A stretch of DNA of 64,000 nt from Pirellulales bacterium (GCA_020846145.1 JADLEL010000154.1:11680-75679); one strand, 5' to 3'; positions 8,371 to 18,030 are shown, numbered from the stretch's first letter. The notes: generated by a model not told the origin, from the sequence alone. Numbers and translations: made by a program.

Positions 8371-10389
8371 ATGCCCAGCTTCATGCCGATGCTGACCTGG
8401 TGGCAGTGGACGATCTTGGCGGCGGTGCCGCCGGCGATCGTGCTCTTGTATTTCTTGAAGCTCAAGCGGCATCCGGTCGAGGTGCCCAGCACGTTTCTCT
8501 GGCACAAGTCGATCGAGGATTTGCACGTCAACGCGATCTGGCAGCGGCTGCGAAATAATTTGCTGCTCTGGCTGCAACTCTTGCTGATCTTGCTGCTCGC
8601 CTTGGCGCTCTTCCGGCCAAGTTGGCAGGGGACGAAGCTGGTCGGCGAGCGGTTCATCTTCCTCATCGACAATTCGGCGAGCATGTCGGCCGACGATCGG
8701 CAGCCTTCCCGGCTGGCCTCGGCCAAGGAGAAGGTCCACGATTTAATCGAGGGAATGAAATCGGGCCAGGCGGCAATGGTCATCAGCTTTGCCGATGCCG
8801 CCCGCGTCGAGCAGAGCTACTCCGACAATCGGACCCTGCTGCATCGCGCCGTGGATGGCATCAAACCGACCGCGCGGGGCACGTCGCTCTTGGAGGCGTT
8901 GAAACTGGCCTCCGGCTTGGCGAATCCCGGCCGCAGCGCGGAAAAGGATACCGACACGCAAGTGGCCGAGGCCCTGCCGGCGACGCTCTACATCCTTTCG
9001 GACGGGAAATTTCCGCCCGTAGCCGGCATTAAACTGGGCAATCTCGAACCGAAGTTCCTTCCCATCGGTTTGGCCGAGTCGAAGAACATCGGCATTTTGG
9101 CCTTCAGCGCGCAGCGGAACGAATCGCGGCCCGACCGCTTTCAGGCGTTCGCCCGGCTGGAAAATTTCTGCAAGGAAAAAACCAAGGTCGCGGGGGAGCT
9201 TTACCTCGACGATCATCTGGTCGATGCCGACGAGGTGGAAGTTACGCCCGAAGAGCCGCGGGGGATCGCCTTCGATATCGCGGCGGTCGAGTCGGGCGTG
9301 CTCAGGCTCAAAATTAAGTCGAAAGACCAATTGAAAATCGACGACGAGGCCTTTTTGGTGTTGCGAATGCCGCAGCGGACGAAAGTCTTGCTGGTTACGC
9401 CGGGCAACGAGCCGCTGGCCATCGCCCTGACCACGAAATCGGCCCAGGAAATCGCCGAGGTGCAAATCGAACCGCCCGAATTCTTGAAAAACAAGGTGAA
9501 ATACCAAACTCCGGCGGCGGCGGGCACGTTCGATTTGGTGATTTACGACCGCTGCCACCCCGAGCAAATGCCCCAGGCGAACACGCTTTTCATCGCCGAT
9601 CTGCCGCCGAAAATCGCCAATTCGCCGCCGGAAAAGAACTGGACCGCCGGGGCGAAGGTCGATATCCCCCAGATCATCGACATCGATTCGTCGCATCCCC
9701 TGCTGCAATGGATGGACATGAGCGACGTGGTGCTGTTGTCGGGTACGCCGTTGAAACCGCCGGTCGGGGGCAAAGTGCTGATCGATTCCGATGCCGGCTC
9801 GCCCAGCGGCGCGATGTTGGCCATCGCCCCGCGGGATGCGTTTGAAGATGTCGTCCTCGGTTTTTCATTTTTCGAGGAGCAAGCTGGGGAAGGTGGGAAA
9901 ACTGCGCGATTTTACGGCACGAACTGGTACTCGCGGCAAAGTTTTCCGGTTTTTGTAAGAAATCTATTTGAATATTTCGGCCGCAACCGGGTGGGCGCGA
10001 ATTCCGAAGGTTATCGGCCGGGCCAATCCGTTCAATTAGACGTTACCGCCGCGGAGGCGAAAGTCCGCGTCAAGACGCCTTCGGGGAGCAATGTGGACCT
10101 GCGGTCGAACAAATCCGGCAAATTGAGCTTCACCGAAACGTCGGAATTGGGTATTTACGATGTGCAAACCGGCGGAAAGTCCGTCGATCGCTTCGCGGTG
10201 AATCTTTTCGATCCCGCCGAGAGTGATATCCGCCCCAATCCTTCGCCTTCGATCAAGGTGGGCGAAGTCGAGGTCGAGGGAGAAGCGACCTCCGAGGCCG
10301 CCCGAAAGGATTTTTGGAAGACGCTGGCGTTATTCGGCCTAGCGGTTCTGGCGGGAGAGTGGTATATCTATAGTCGCCGAATTTATTAA
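8371..10389 (+). CDS. BatA-N (double-transmembrane N-terminus) / von Willebrand A domain protein
   Basis: N-terminus WWQWTILAAVPPAIVLLYFLKLKRHPVEVPSTFLW; vWA MIDAS-like FIFLIDNSASMSA; C-terminal TM helix. Confidence 0.8.
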   Translation: MPSFMPMLTWWQWTILAAVPPAIVLLYFLKLKRHPVEVPSTFLWHKSIEDLHVNAIWQRLRNNLLLWLQLLLILLLALALFRPSWQGTKLVGERFIFLIDNSASMSADDRQPSRLASAKEKVHDLIEGMKSGQAAMVISFADAARVEQSYSDNRTLLHRAVDGIKPTARGTSLLEALKLASGLANPGRSAEKDTDTQVAEALPATLYILSDGKFPPVAGIKLGNLEPKFLPIGLAESKNIGILAFSAQRNESRPDRFQAFARLENFCKEKTKVAGELYLDDHLVDADEVEVTPEEPRGIAFDIAAVESGVLRLKIKSKDQLKIDDEAFLVLRMPQRTKVLLVTPGNEPLAIALTTKSAQEIAEVQIEPPEFLKNKVKYQTPAAAGTFDLVIYDRCHPEQMPQANTLFIADLPPKIANSPPEKNWTAGAKVDIPQIIDIDSSHPLLQWMDMSDVVLLSGTPLKPPVGGKVLIDSDAGSPSGAMLAIAPRDAFEDVVLGFSFFEEQAGEGGKTARFYGTNWYSRQSFPVFVRNLFEYFGRNRVGANSEGYRPGQSVQLDVTAAEAKVRVKTPSGSNVDLRSNKSGKLSFTETSELGIYDVQTGGKSVDRFAVNLFDPAESDIRPNPSPSIKVGEVEVEGEATSEAARKDFWKTLALFGLAVLAGEWYIYSRRIY

Positions 10390-10609
10390 CCTCGATGGTT
10401 TTGCCCCGCCGTCCACGGCGGGGGAAAAACGGCATCTCGAAACACTTCGCCTCGCAATAATGCAGGGGGCGATGCGATTTTGCCGCGGAAAACTTTTTCC
10501 CAAAATGCCAATCCGAACCGAACCACATCGCCGTCGGGGCCATCGGCAGGAGGGGGGGCCGCTCCGTCCCCGCCGAAAGTTCCTCAATCGGATCTTGGAA
10601 AACGATCTG

Positions 10610-11263
10610 ATGCGGCGGGTGAGCTTCGAGGAGTATCGGGAGAAAGTCCGCGACGTGTACGACGGCCCCCAGGGAGCCATGCTCGCCGCGTGCAGCCTCA
10701 TTTCGCTGCATACGCCGATGGGCGAGCGGCTCTTCCGAAGCGGAAAATTCGACCTCCGCGGCCTGCGGAGTTTTCTCGACGTCGGCAGCGGGGCGGGCCA
10801 GATCGCCAAGCACCTCATCAAGTACGCCGATCCGGATGCCGAAATCACCTGCTTCGACCTGTCGCACGAAATGCTCCGCCGAGCGCGGAGCCGTTTGAAG
10901 AGCGACCGGCCGCGGTTCGTGGTCGCCGACCTCTCGAGCCTCCCCTTCCCCGCCGAAACCTTCGATTGCGTTACCTGCGGCTACGTGCTCGAACACCTGC
11001 CCGACGCCAAGGTCGGCCTAGCCGAACTGAGCCGGGTCATGACGCCCGGCGCGAGGATGCTGCTGTTGGTTACGGAGGACACCTTTTCCGGCGCGTGGAC
11101 CAGCCTGATGTGGCGCTGCCGCACCTATAATCGCCGGGAATTGGCCCGAATTTGCGAGGAAGTCGGGCTGATCTGGCACGCGGAACTCTGGTTCACCGGC
11201 GTCCATCGGGTGCTCCGGGCCGGCGGAATCTGCGTCGAATTGGTGAAACGGACGAGGGGCTAG
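10610..11263 (+). CDS. class I SAM-dependent methyltransferase
   Basis: Motif I FLDVGSGAGQIA, then ITCFDLSHEML and FDCVTCGYVLEHLPD. Start is uncertain; the track ORF begins at 10460. Confidence 0.8.
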   Translation: MRRVSFEEYREKVRDVYDGPQGAMLAACSLISLHTPMGERLFRSGKFDLRGLRSFLDVGSGAGQIAKHLIKYADPDAEITCFDLSHEMLRRARSRLKSDRPRFVVADLSSLPFPAETFDCVTCGYVLEHLPDAKVGLAELSRVMTPGARMLLLVTEDTFSGAWTSLMWRCRTYNRRELARICEEVGLIWHAELWFTGVHRVLRAGGICVELVKRTRG

Positions 11264-11451
11264 GGGCTGGAGATCAGGGGCTAGGGATCTGGGATTCGTG
11301 GCTACTTGCTCCCAGGCTCTGTTGGGGAGCGAGCTTTCTCCAAGGCTTCTCTTCGCAATTCAGTTCACCAATTTCGAATTCTCCCGAATAGCTCATTCAT
11401 CGGATTCCGATCTCTAATCCCCAGCCCCCGATCTCTAGTCCCCAGCCCCTC
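11254..11451. repeat. short-motif tandem-repeat hairpin with ~100-nt loop (GGGGCTAGGGATC vs GATCTCTAGTCCCC)
   Basis: Arms at 11254-11299 and 11401-11451. The left arm overlaps the last codons of the methyltransferase. Confidence 0.8.
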
Positions 11452-11494
11452 GCGAAAAACTTTTCCCATTTTCTCTTTCGTCCGGCTTTTCCTC

Positions 11495-11522
11495 TTGACA
11501 TATTTTCTTAACATTGTATGAA
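11495..11522 (+). promoter_or_regulatory. candidate sigma70-like promoter upstream of kamA
   Basis: TTGACA (11495-11500), 16-nt spacer, TATGAA (11517-22), in a locally AT-rich non-coding stretch. Planctomycete promoter rules are poorly known. Confidence 0.3.
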
Positions 11523-11936
11523 TTGTTTTTATCGGGACGATTATTCCGCCGATTTGGATAGTGCCGTTCGATTTGCCCGCGGTTTGCAGCTCAATTTAAC
11601 GCCGGCAATCGAAAATTTAGACGCCGCACCTGGGATTCTTCAACCCTTTCGATAACGGATTATTCGCCGCCTGCGGGCCGGAAAAGCACGGTCTCCACGC
11701 GGCGGTTGCAGGAGCCGATCAGGACGTCGCGCTCCCAACGCTTTGTGGTGCTTCTAGGAGAAACCTGAATGTCCAGCTTTGAAGCTGCAGAAGCGTGCGC
11801 TTATTGCGAAGAAGAGCCTCCCGGTAGTACGACCTACCAATTGTCCTCGCGCCCCCCGGCGCCCCTCTCCCCGTCGAAACGGCAGCGTTCCGGCTCGGAA
11901 CGCGATCTTTTCGTCCCCGGTGGATTGCCCGGCCGG

Positions 11937-13070
11937 ATGCCGCGAAGCACCTTCCAAACCAAGGTTTTTCGCAAAACCTTCTACCCCGACGTCGCCGACA
12001 AGGAGTGGAACTCCTGGCACTGGCAGGCCCGCAACCGAATCCGCGCTCCCCAGCAACTCGAACTGGTTTTGGAGCTTTCGGACTCCGAGCGGGCAGCCTT
12101 GTCGCAGTCGAATTCAATGCTCCCGGTGAGCATCACTCCCTACTACATGAGCCTGGTTTCGGCCGACGATTGCCGCCAGCCGCTGCGGCGGACCGTCATT
12201 CCCACCCTCGATGAACTCGCGCGTTCGCCCGGCGAGGCCGACGACCCCCTCGGCGAAGACCACGACAGCCCCGTGCCGGGCCTGGTCCACCGCTATCCCG
12301 ACCGGGTTTTGCTCCTGGTAACCGACTTCTGTTCGAGCTATTGCCGTTACTGCACCCGCTCGCGGGTCGTGGGACAAGGACATATCGTCCCGCAGGAACA
12401 GCGGCTGGAACGGGCGTTCGAGTACATCCGCGCTACGCCGGCCATTCGCGACGTGCTCGTTTCGGGCGGCGATCCGCTGGCCTTGAGCGACGAGCGGCTG
12501 GATTGGGTTTTGACTTCGCTGCGGCAGATTCCGCACGTGGAGTTCGTCCGCATCGGCACCAAAATGCCCGCCGTGCTGCCGCAGCGGATCACGCCGGAAC
12601 TCTGCCGGATGCTCAGAAAGCACCATCCGCTGTTCATGAGCCTGCATTTCATCCATCCCGACGAATGCACGCCGGAATCTTTCCAAGCCTGCACCCGGCT
12701 GGCCGACGCGGGCATCCCCCTCGGCTCGCAAACGGTGCTCTTGAAGGGTGTGAACGACGACGTCGAGACGATGAAAAAGCTGGTCCACCGGCTGCTCGTG
12801 ATGCGGGTCCGCCCGTATTATTTGTACCAGTGCGATCCGATCAGCGGCTCCGCCCATTTTCGCACCCCGGTCTCGAAGGGCTTGGAGATCATTGACGGCC
12901 TCCGCGGCCACACGACCGGCTATGCCGTGCCGAACTACGTGATCGACGCCCCCGGCGGCGGCGGCAAGATCATTCTGACGCCCAACTTCGTCCTCGGCCG
13001 CGACGGCGACGACCTTCTCCTTCGCAATTACGAAGGCCAAGAGTTCCGGTATCCCGATCCGGTAGGATAA
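11937..13070 (+). CDS. kamA: KamA family radical SAM protein (lysine 2,3-aminomutase-like)
   Basis: CSSYCRYCTRS (CxxxCxxC), SGGDPL, and the N-terminal WNSWHWQARN region typical of KamA. ATG at 11937 lies within track ORF 11769..13070. Confidence 0.88.
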   Translation: MPRSTFQTKVFRKTFYPDVADKEWNSWHWQARNRIRAPQQLELVLELSDSERAALSQSNSMLPVSITPYYMSLVSADDCRQPLRRTVIPTLDELARSPGEADDPLGEDHDSPVPGLVHRYPDRVLLLVTDFCSSYCRYCTRSRVVGQGHIVPQEQRLERAFEYIRATPAIRDVLVSGGDPLALSDERLDWVLTSLRQIPHVEFVRIGTKMPAVLPQRITPELCRMLRKHHPLFMSLHFIHPDECTPESFQACTRLADAGIPLGSQTVLLKGVNDDVETMKKLVHRLLVMRVRPYYLYQCDPISGSAHFRTPVSKGLEIIDGLRGHTTGYAVPNYVIDAPGGGGKIILTPNFVLGRDGDDLLLRNYEGQEFRYPDPVG

Positions 13071-13078
13071 TCTCTTTC

Positions 13079-13117
13079 TCCCCTCTCCCTTTGGGAGAGG
13101 GGCCGGGGATGAGGGCA
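13079..13117. repeat. CTCCCCTCTCCC..GGGAGAGGGG hairpin repeat
   Basis: CTCCCCTCTCCCTTTGGGAGAGGGGCCGGGGATGAGGGC. An inverted relative lies at 34551-34589, and a related simple repeat at 62925-62960. Confidence 0.75.
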
Positions 13118-13186
13118 GGATTGGAAGCAACAAGTGGCATTCACCAAGAATGCGGGATATAAAATACTACGCAAGTTAGGGGTAAC

Positions 13187-14026
13187 ATGAGCGAGGTTCG
13201 GTATGATGAGATTGGCTACTGGTCAGAGATCAAGCTCGACATCGTTCGCAAATATGCGCAGGCGTATTCCAGCGTTCTATCCAAACAGTCAAGTATTCGC
13301 AAGTATCTCTATATCGATGCCTTTGCCGGTGCCGGAGTTCACATCTCGAAGCTAACCGGCGATTTCGTCCCCGGTAGCCCACTCCACGCCCTAAATGTAC
13401 AACCTCCATTCAGCGAATACCATTTTATCGACCTGGATGGCGATAAGGCGGATAATTTGCGGCAGTTGGCGGGTGACGTCCCGAACGTTTGGATTTATAA
13501 TGAAGATTGCAATTCAGTTTTGCCTGCCAAGGTGTTCACTCGTGCTCGTTGGGATGATTTTAATCGCGCGCTCTGTCTTTTGGATCCTTATGCGATGAAT
13601 CTTGACTGGGAAGTCATCCAGACAGCCGGACTGATGAAAAGCATTGAGATATTCATGAATTTCATGGTTATGGATGTCAACATGAATGTCCTTTGGAATA
13701 ATCCTGACAGCGTCCAGCCTTCGCAGTTGATGCGTATGGATGCTTTTTGGGGTGACCATTCTTGGCGCAATACGTTATATCAGAAACCGACGGGCTTGTT
13801 GCCGGGCTTCGATATTGAGGAGAAGGTATCAAATGCAGCCGTCGCTAAAGCATACCAGGATCGACTGAAGAGAGTCGCAGGCTTCAAATACGTTCCCGAT
13901 CCGATGCCGATGCGGAATTCGCGCGGCGCGATTGTTTATTACTTGTTTTTTGCGTCACCCAATGAAACTGGTGCGAAAATCGTTTCCGATATCTTCAATA
14001 CCTACCGAGACCGGGGGGCCGTTTAA
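13187..14026 (+). CDS. tcmP: three-Cys-motif partner protein TcmP (TIGR04474-like, Rossmann-type)
   Basis: [19 protein letters not shown]...[11 protein letters not shown]...PGSPLHAL matches my recollection of the TcmP family. It is adjacent to, and coupled with, a DUF5131 gene. AGGGG lies upstream of the ATG. Confidence 0.75.
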   Translation: MSEVRYDEIGYWSEIKLDIVRKYAQAYSSVLSKQSSIRKYLYIDAFAGAGVHISKLTGDFVPGSPLHALNVQPPFSEYHFIDLDGDKADNLRQLAGDVPNVWIYNEDCNSVLPAKVFTRARWDDFNRALCLLDPYAMNLDWEVIQTAGLMKSIEIFMNFMVMDVNMNVLWNNPDSVQPSQLMRMDAFWGDHSWRNTLYQKPTGLLPGFDIEEKVSNAAVAKAYQDRLKRVAGFKYVPDPMPMRNSRGAIVYYLFFASPNETGAKIVSDIFNTYRDRGAV

Positions 14027-14787
14027 TGGCCACGAATTCTTCCATTGAATGGACCGAGTCCACTTGGAATCCAGTCACGGGTTGCACGAAAATCAGCCCA
14101 GGTTGCTTGAACTGTTATGCCGAACGCATGGCGAAACGGCTTCAGGCAATGGGCCAAGCGAATTATCTCGACGGATTCAAGGTTGCGACGCATGAACATG
14201 CCGTGGATTTACCGCTATCTTGGAAAAAGCCGCGGACGATCTTCGTTAACTCCATGAGCGATTTGTTTCATAAGTCGATTTCGGTCGATTTTATCAAACG
14301 GGTATTCGAGGTCATGCTTCGTGCGAATTGGCATCAATTCCAACTACTTACCAAACGGTCTGAACGCCTGCTGGAATTGGATAAGCAGCTTTCTTGGGTA
14401 CCTCATATCTGGATGGGTGTTAGCGTGGAGAATCGGGACTATACATTCCGCATTAACCACCTTCGCAAAACTCACGCTTATACGAAATTCCTTTCGCTTG
14501 AACCCCTGCTTGGTCCGTTGCCTAATCTCAACCTGGGCGGTATCGACTGGGTAATAGTTGGCGGTGAATCGGGCCCCGGTGCGCGGCCTATGAAACGGGA
14601 ATGGATTTCCGATATTCTCGATCAGTGCCAAGAGGCGAAGGTGCCTTTTTTCTTCAAGCAATGGGGGGGCATCCAAAAAAAACGCACAGGACGTGAATTG
14701 GACGGGCGCACTTGGGATGAACTGCCACTCTTACGCTCTGCACTTGATTCGAATATGCTTGCATGTCCCCATTCAAGTTCTCGTTAA
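14026..14787 (+). CDS. phage Gp37/Gp68 family protein (DUF5131, PF07505)
   Basis: [31 protein letters not shown] (CX6CX2C), [54 protein letters not shown]. The start overlaps the tcmP stop (TAATG). Confidence 0.88.
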   Translation: MATNSSIEWTESTWNPVTGCTKISPGCLNCYAERMAKRLQAMGQANYLDGFKVATHEHAVDLPLSWKKPRTIFVNSMSDLFHKSISVDFIKRVFEVMLRANWHQFQLLTKRSERLLELDKQLSWVPHIWMGVSVENRDYTFRINHLRKTHAYTKFLSLEPLLGPLPNLNLGGIDWVIVGGESGPGARPMKREWISDILDQCQEAKVPFFFKQWGGIQKKRTGRELDGRTWDELPLLRSALDSNMLACPHSSSR

Positions 14788-14865
14788 ATGGTACTGGTCC
14801 ACTTCTTTAATCTTCATTTGACGGGTGGATGAAGTCAACTTTAGCGCTATTTACCTTAGGCAATC

Positions 14866-15846
14866 ATGCGCATCGGCCTCACCTACGACCTCCGCCAAGA
14901 CTATCTGGCCGAAGGCTACTCGCTCGAAGAAACGGCCGAGTGCGATAAAATCGAAACTATCGAGGGCATCGAATCCGCCTTGCGGGAGTTGGGCTACGCG
15001 ACCGACCGCATAGGCAACGGGAAAAAACTTATCGGGCGGCTGGCCGCGGGCGACCGCTGGGATTTGGTGTTCAATATCGCCGAGGGTTTGCACGGCGCCG
15101 CGCGCGAGGGGCAAGTGCCGGCGATCCTCGACATGCACCAAATCCCCTACACCTTTTCCGATCCGCTGGCGCTGGGCCTCGCGCTGCAGAAGGACCTGAC
15201 CAAGACCGTCATCCGCCAAGCGGGCGTGCCCACCCCGCGATTCGCCGTGGTCCGCCGCATGGAAGACCTCGAAACCGTCGATCTGCCCTTTCCGCTTTTC
15301 GCCAAGCCGGCGGCCGAGGGGACGAGCAAGGGAATCAATGCCGATTCGAAAATTTCGGACCGCGACGGCCTGAAAAAATCCTGCGCCGCCCTGCTCGAAC
15401 GGTTCCGCCAGCCGGTGCTGATCGAAGCGTATCTTTCGGGCCGGGAGTTCACGGTCGGCATCACCGGGACGGATGCGGAGGCCCGCGTGGTGGGTACGCT
15501 CGAAGTCTCGCTCACGTCCTCGGCGAAGGAAGATTTTTATTCCTATCATAACAAGCAACTCTACGATACTTGCATGGACTATACTCTGGTGCGGCCCGAA
15601 AAGGACGATGAAGTCCGCCAATGCGAAGCACTCGCGCTGACGGCTTATCGCTGCCTCGGCTGCCGCGACGCCGGCCGCGTCGATTTTCGTTCCGACGCCC
15701 AAGCCCGCCCGAATTTCATCGAGATCAATCCCCTGCCGGGCCTGAACGAAAAAGATTCCGACCTGCCGATTTTATGCCGGCAGTTGGGCATCGGCTACGT
15801 GGAATTGATCGAACGGATCGTAACTTCCGCCCGGCGAAGGATGTAA
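14866..15846 (+). CDS. D-alanine--D-alanine ligase family ATP-grasp enzyme
   Basis: Short Ddl-like layout: VFNIAEGLHG..REGQVPAILD, FAKPAAEGTSKGI, EAYLSGREFTVG, GRVDFR...FIEINPLPGL. Confidence 0.75.
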   Translation: MRIGLTYDLRQDYLAEGYSLEETAECDKIETIEGIESALRELGYATDRIGNGKKLIGRLAAGDRWDLVFNIAEGLHGAAREGQVPAILDMHQIPYTFSDPLALGLALQKDLTKTVIRQAGVPTPRFAVVRRMEDLETVDLPFPLFAKPAAEGTSKGINADSKISDRDGLKKSCAALLERFRQPVLIEAYLSGREFTVGITGTDAEARVVGTLEVSLTSSAKEDFYSYHNKQLYDTCMDYTLVRPEKDDEVRQCEALALTAYRCLGCRDAGRVDFRSDAQARPNFIEINPLPGLNEKDSDLPILCRQLGIGYVELIERIVTSARRRM

Positions 15847-15897
15847 TACCGAACGTCGCGCGATCGACGATCGCCCTGCATTACTCCCCGCGGACGC

Positions 15898-17331
15898 GTG
15901 AGCCAAACCGTGAACGATCGACCACCCGCCGCAATCGCTCCACCCGCGCTCGATTTGGCGGCTCGCCGTCGCGCCCGGCGGTTGGCGTACTGGAATGCGC
16001 TGCTCTGGTCGATCGGCAACGGCCTGAGCGGCAGCACGCTGGTGATTTATCTGGCGATGGAACTGCGCGCCGAGCGCATCGGGCTGAGCATCGGCTTGAT
16101 CCTGGCGGCGCGGCATTTCATCGGCGTCTTGCGGTTGGGTACGCCCGCCATGCTCGATCGCCGGCGGGACCGCAAACGATTCTGCACCATCACTTTCGCG
16201 CTGAGTGGAGTCTTGTTGCTATGTTTGCCGATTTGCGCCGCGCCGAAGGTGCTGCCCTCGGCGAACGCCTCGGTCTGGGCGTTGGTGATGTTGTGGTGTT
16301 CGCACCATTTAATGCAGTATCTCGGCACGATCGCGCTCTATTCGTGGCTGGCCGACCTGGTGCCGACGGCGGTTCGCGGCCGGTTTTTCGGACGGCGGGA
16401 ACGGTGGCTGGTCGCCGGCGAAGCGGCGGCGGCCATCGCTTGCGGATGGTTCGCCTGGGAGTGGTGCTTGCATTATCCCAAATCGCAACACTGGATCGGC
16501 TACGCCATTCCCGCCGGCTTCGGCGCGCTGTTCATACTCGCCGCGATCGTTCCCCTCCGGCGGATGCCGCGCGCGGAAAGATCCGCGGATAACGCGAATT
16601 GCAACGATCCACACCCCGTTCCGGCCAAAGGCAGGCCGGGAGAAACGACGAGGAATGCCTACTCCTGGAATCGGCTTTGGAAACCGCTGGGCGACCGTGC
16701 GTTTCTCGCCTTCTTGCTTTTCGGTTGCTGGTTTTCCGCCGCGAACGGCATCACGCAGACCGTGCAAAACTCGTATCCCAAGCAGGTTTTGCAGGTGGGA
16801 CTCTTTCTGATGCTCGCCGTGCAGACGGGAATGCGTCTGGGGCAGATCGGCGTCAGCCCTTATTTGGGCCGAGCGGCCGACCGGTTCGGCAACAAGCCGA
16901 TGATGCTCTTCTGCCTGTTGATCACCGCCCAAGGCCCGCTGTTTTATCTGTTCTCCACGCCCGAAAGTTGGTGCTGGTTCGTCGGCGCTTGGATCGCGTG
17001 GATCGCCTACGCGGGACTCAATATCGGCCTGCCGAACCTGATGCTGAAAATCGCTCCCCGCGACCAAAACGCCGATTACCTGGCGATCTATTACACTTGC
17101 GCCGGATTGTGCTATGGAGGAACGACGCTGCTGGGCGGGTGGCTCTTCGACCGCTATAAAAGTTTCACTTGGAGCTTAGGCGGCACGACCTGGGATGTCA
17201 ATCAAACCACGTTCCTCCTGGGTTGGATCGTCCGTTTGACGTGTCTGTTCTTTTTATGCGGGCTGATCGAGCCGAAAAGTCCGCAATTTCAGCGAATATA
17301 CGGCAAACAGGGCAATATAGGCAAACAGTAG
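15898..17331 (+). CDS. MFS-type transporter
   Basis: About 12 predicted hydrophobic helices with a central loop. GTG start. No substrate can be inferred. Confidence 0.6.
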   Translation: MSQTVNDRPPAAIAPPALDLAARRRARRLAYWNALLWSIGNGLSGSTLVIYLAMELRAERIGLSIGLILAARHFIGVLRLGTPAMLDRRRDRKRFCTITFALSGVLLLCLPICAAPKVLPSANASVWALVMLWCSHHLMQYLGTIALYSWLADLVPTAVRGRFFGRRERWLVAGEAAAAIACGWFAWEWCLHYPKSQHWIGYAIPAGFGALFILAAIVPLRRMPRAERSADNANCNDPHPVPAKGRPGETTRNAYSWNRLWKPLGDRAFLAFLLFGCWFSAANGITQTVQNSYPKQVLQVGLFLMLAVQTGMRLGQIGVSPYLGRAADRFGNKPMMLFCLLITAQGPLFYLFSTPESWCWFVGAWIAWIAYAGLNIGLPNLMLKIAPRDQNADYLAIYYTCAGLCYGGTTLLGGWLFDRYKSFTWSLGGTTWDVNQTTFLLGWIVRLTCLFFLCGLIEPKSPQFQRIYGKQGNIGKQ

Positions 17332-17478
17332 CGGTTATTCCGTTTTTCTCGATTCTTCCAATTCTTCCGTCGATAAGACCTTGCGGGGCATAATCGGGAG
17401 CGCGAGGCTCGCGAATGGGAAATCGAAAATCTCGCTTGCGAAACGCTCATTTTTCCGTCTCAGGGAGGCACGGATACG

Positions 17479-18030
17479 ATGAAGGCTCTATTATTCACCG
17501 GATTGCTCTTAGGATTATTGGTGGCGAATTCGGCCCGCGCGGGCGAGGGGAACTCCGCCCCGTATGCGGGCGATTTTTCCGCGCGAACCTACGAATGCGG
17601 CGCCCCGTGCGACGATTGCTCCGACGATTTCTGCGACGAACCGTGCGGACGGCCGTGCGGACGCGGCGCGTGCGGCGACCGGACCGCCTGCGGTCCATTA
17701 ACCCTTATTTTCTCGATCTTCAATTGCAACACTTGGCGCGGTCCATCCTGCGGCGAGCGCTACTGGGGCGACTTCTACAGCGATCCGCCCGATTGCTGCG
17801 ATCCCTGCGACCGCGGTGGAAATTACGCCGGCCGCTCCTACTACGATAGCGATTGGGGGAGCGTTCGCGGTTACGGTTCCAGCGGCGGCGGTTGCAGCAA
17901 CTGCAACAAGAATCGCGCCTACGACAGCCAGCCGATTCCCCAGGAGAGCCGCGTCGTATATCCTTCGACGCGCGTTTCGCGCCAGCCCACCCCGGCCAAA
18001 CAGCCGAGCAAGGCCGTTCGCACGCGGTAA
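17479..18030 (+). CDS. secreted Cys-rich hypothetical protein
   Basis: Signal peptide MKALLFTGLLLGLLVANSARA. Cys clusters (CGAPCDDCSDDFCDEPCGRPCGRGACGD, DCCDPCD, CSNC). GGGAGG RBS. Followed by an intrinsic terminator. Confidence 0.6.
   Translation: MKALLFTGLLLGLLVANSARAGEGNSAPYAGDFSARTYECGAPCDDCSDDFCDEPCGRPCGRGACGDRTACGPLTLIFSIFNCNTWRGPSCGERYWGDFYSDPPDCCDPCDRGGNYAGRSYYDSDWGSVRGYGSSGGGCSNCNKNRAYDSQPIPQESRVVYPSTRVSRQPTPAKQPSKAVRTR

Noticed and set aside
10404-10423. Hairpin CCCCGCCG-TCCA-CGGCGGGG after the vWA gene, considered as an intrinsic terminator.
   Set aside because: It is followed by GAAAAAC rather than a U-tract on the relevant strand, so it is not a canonical terminator.
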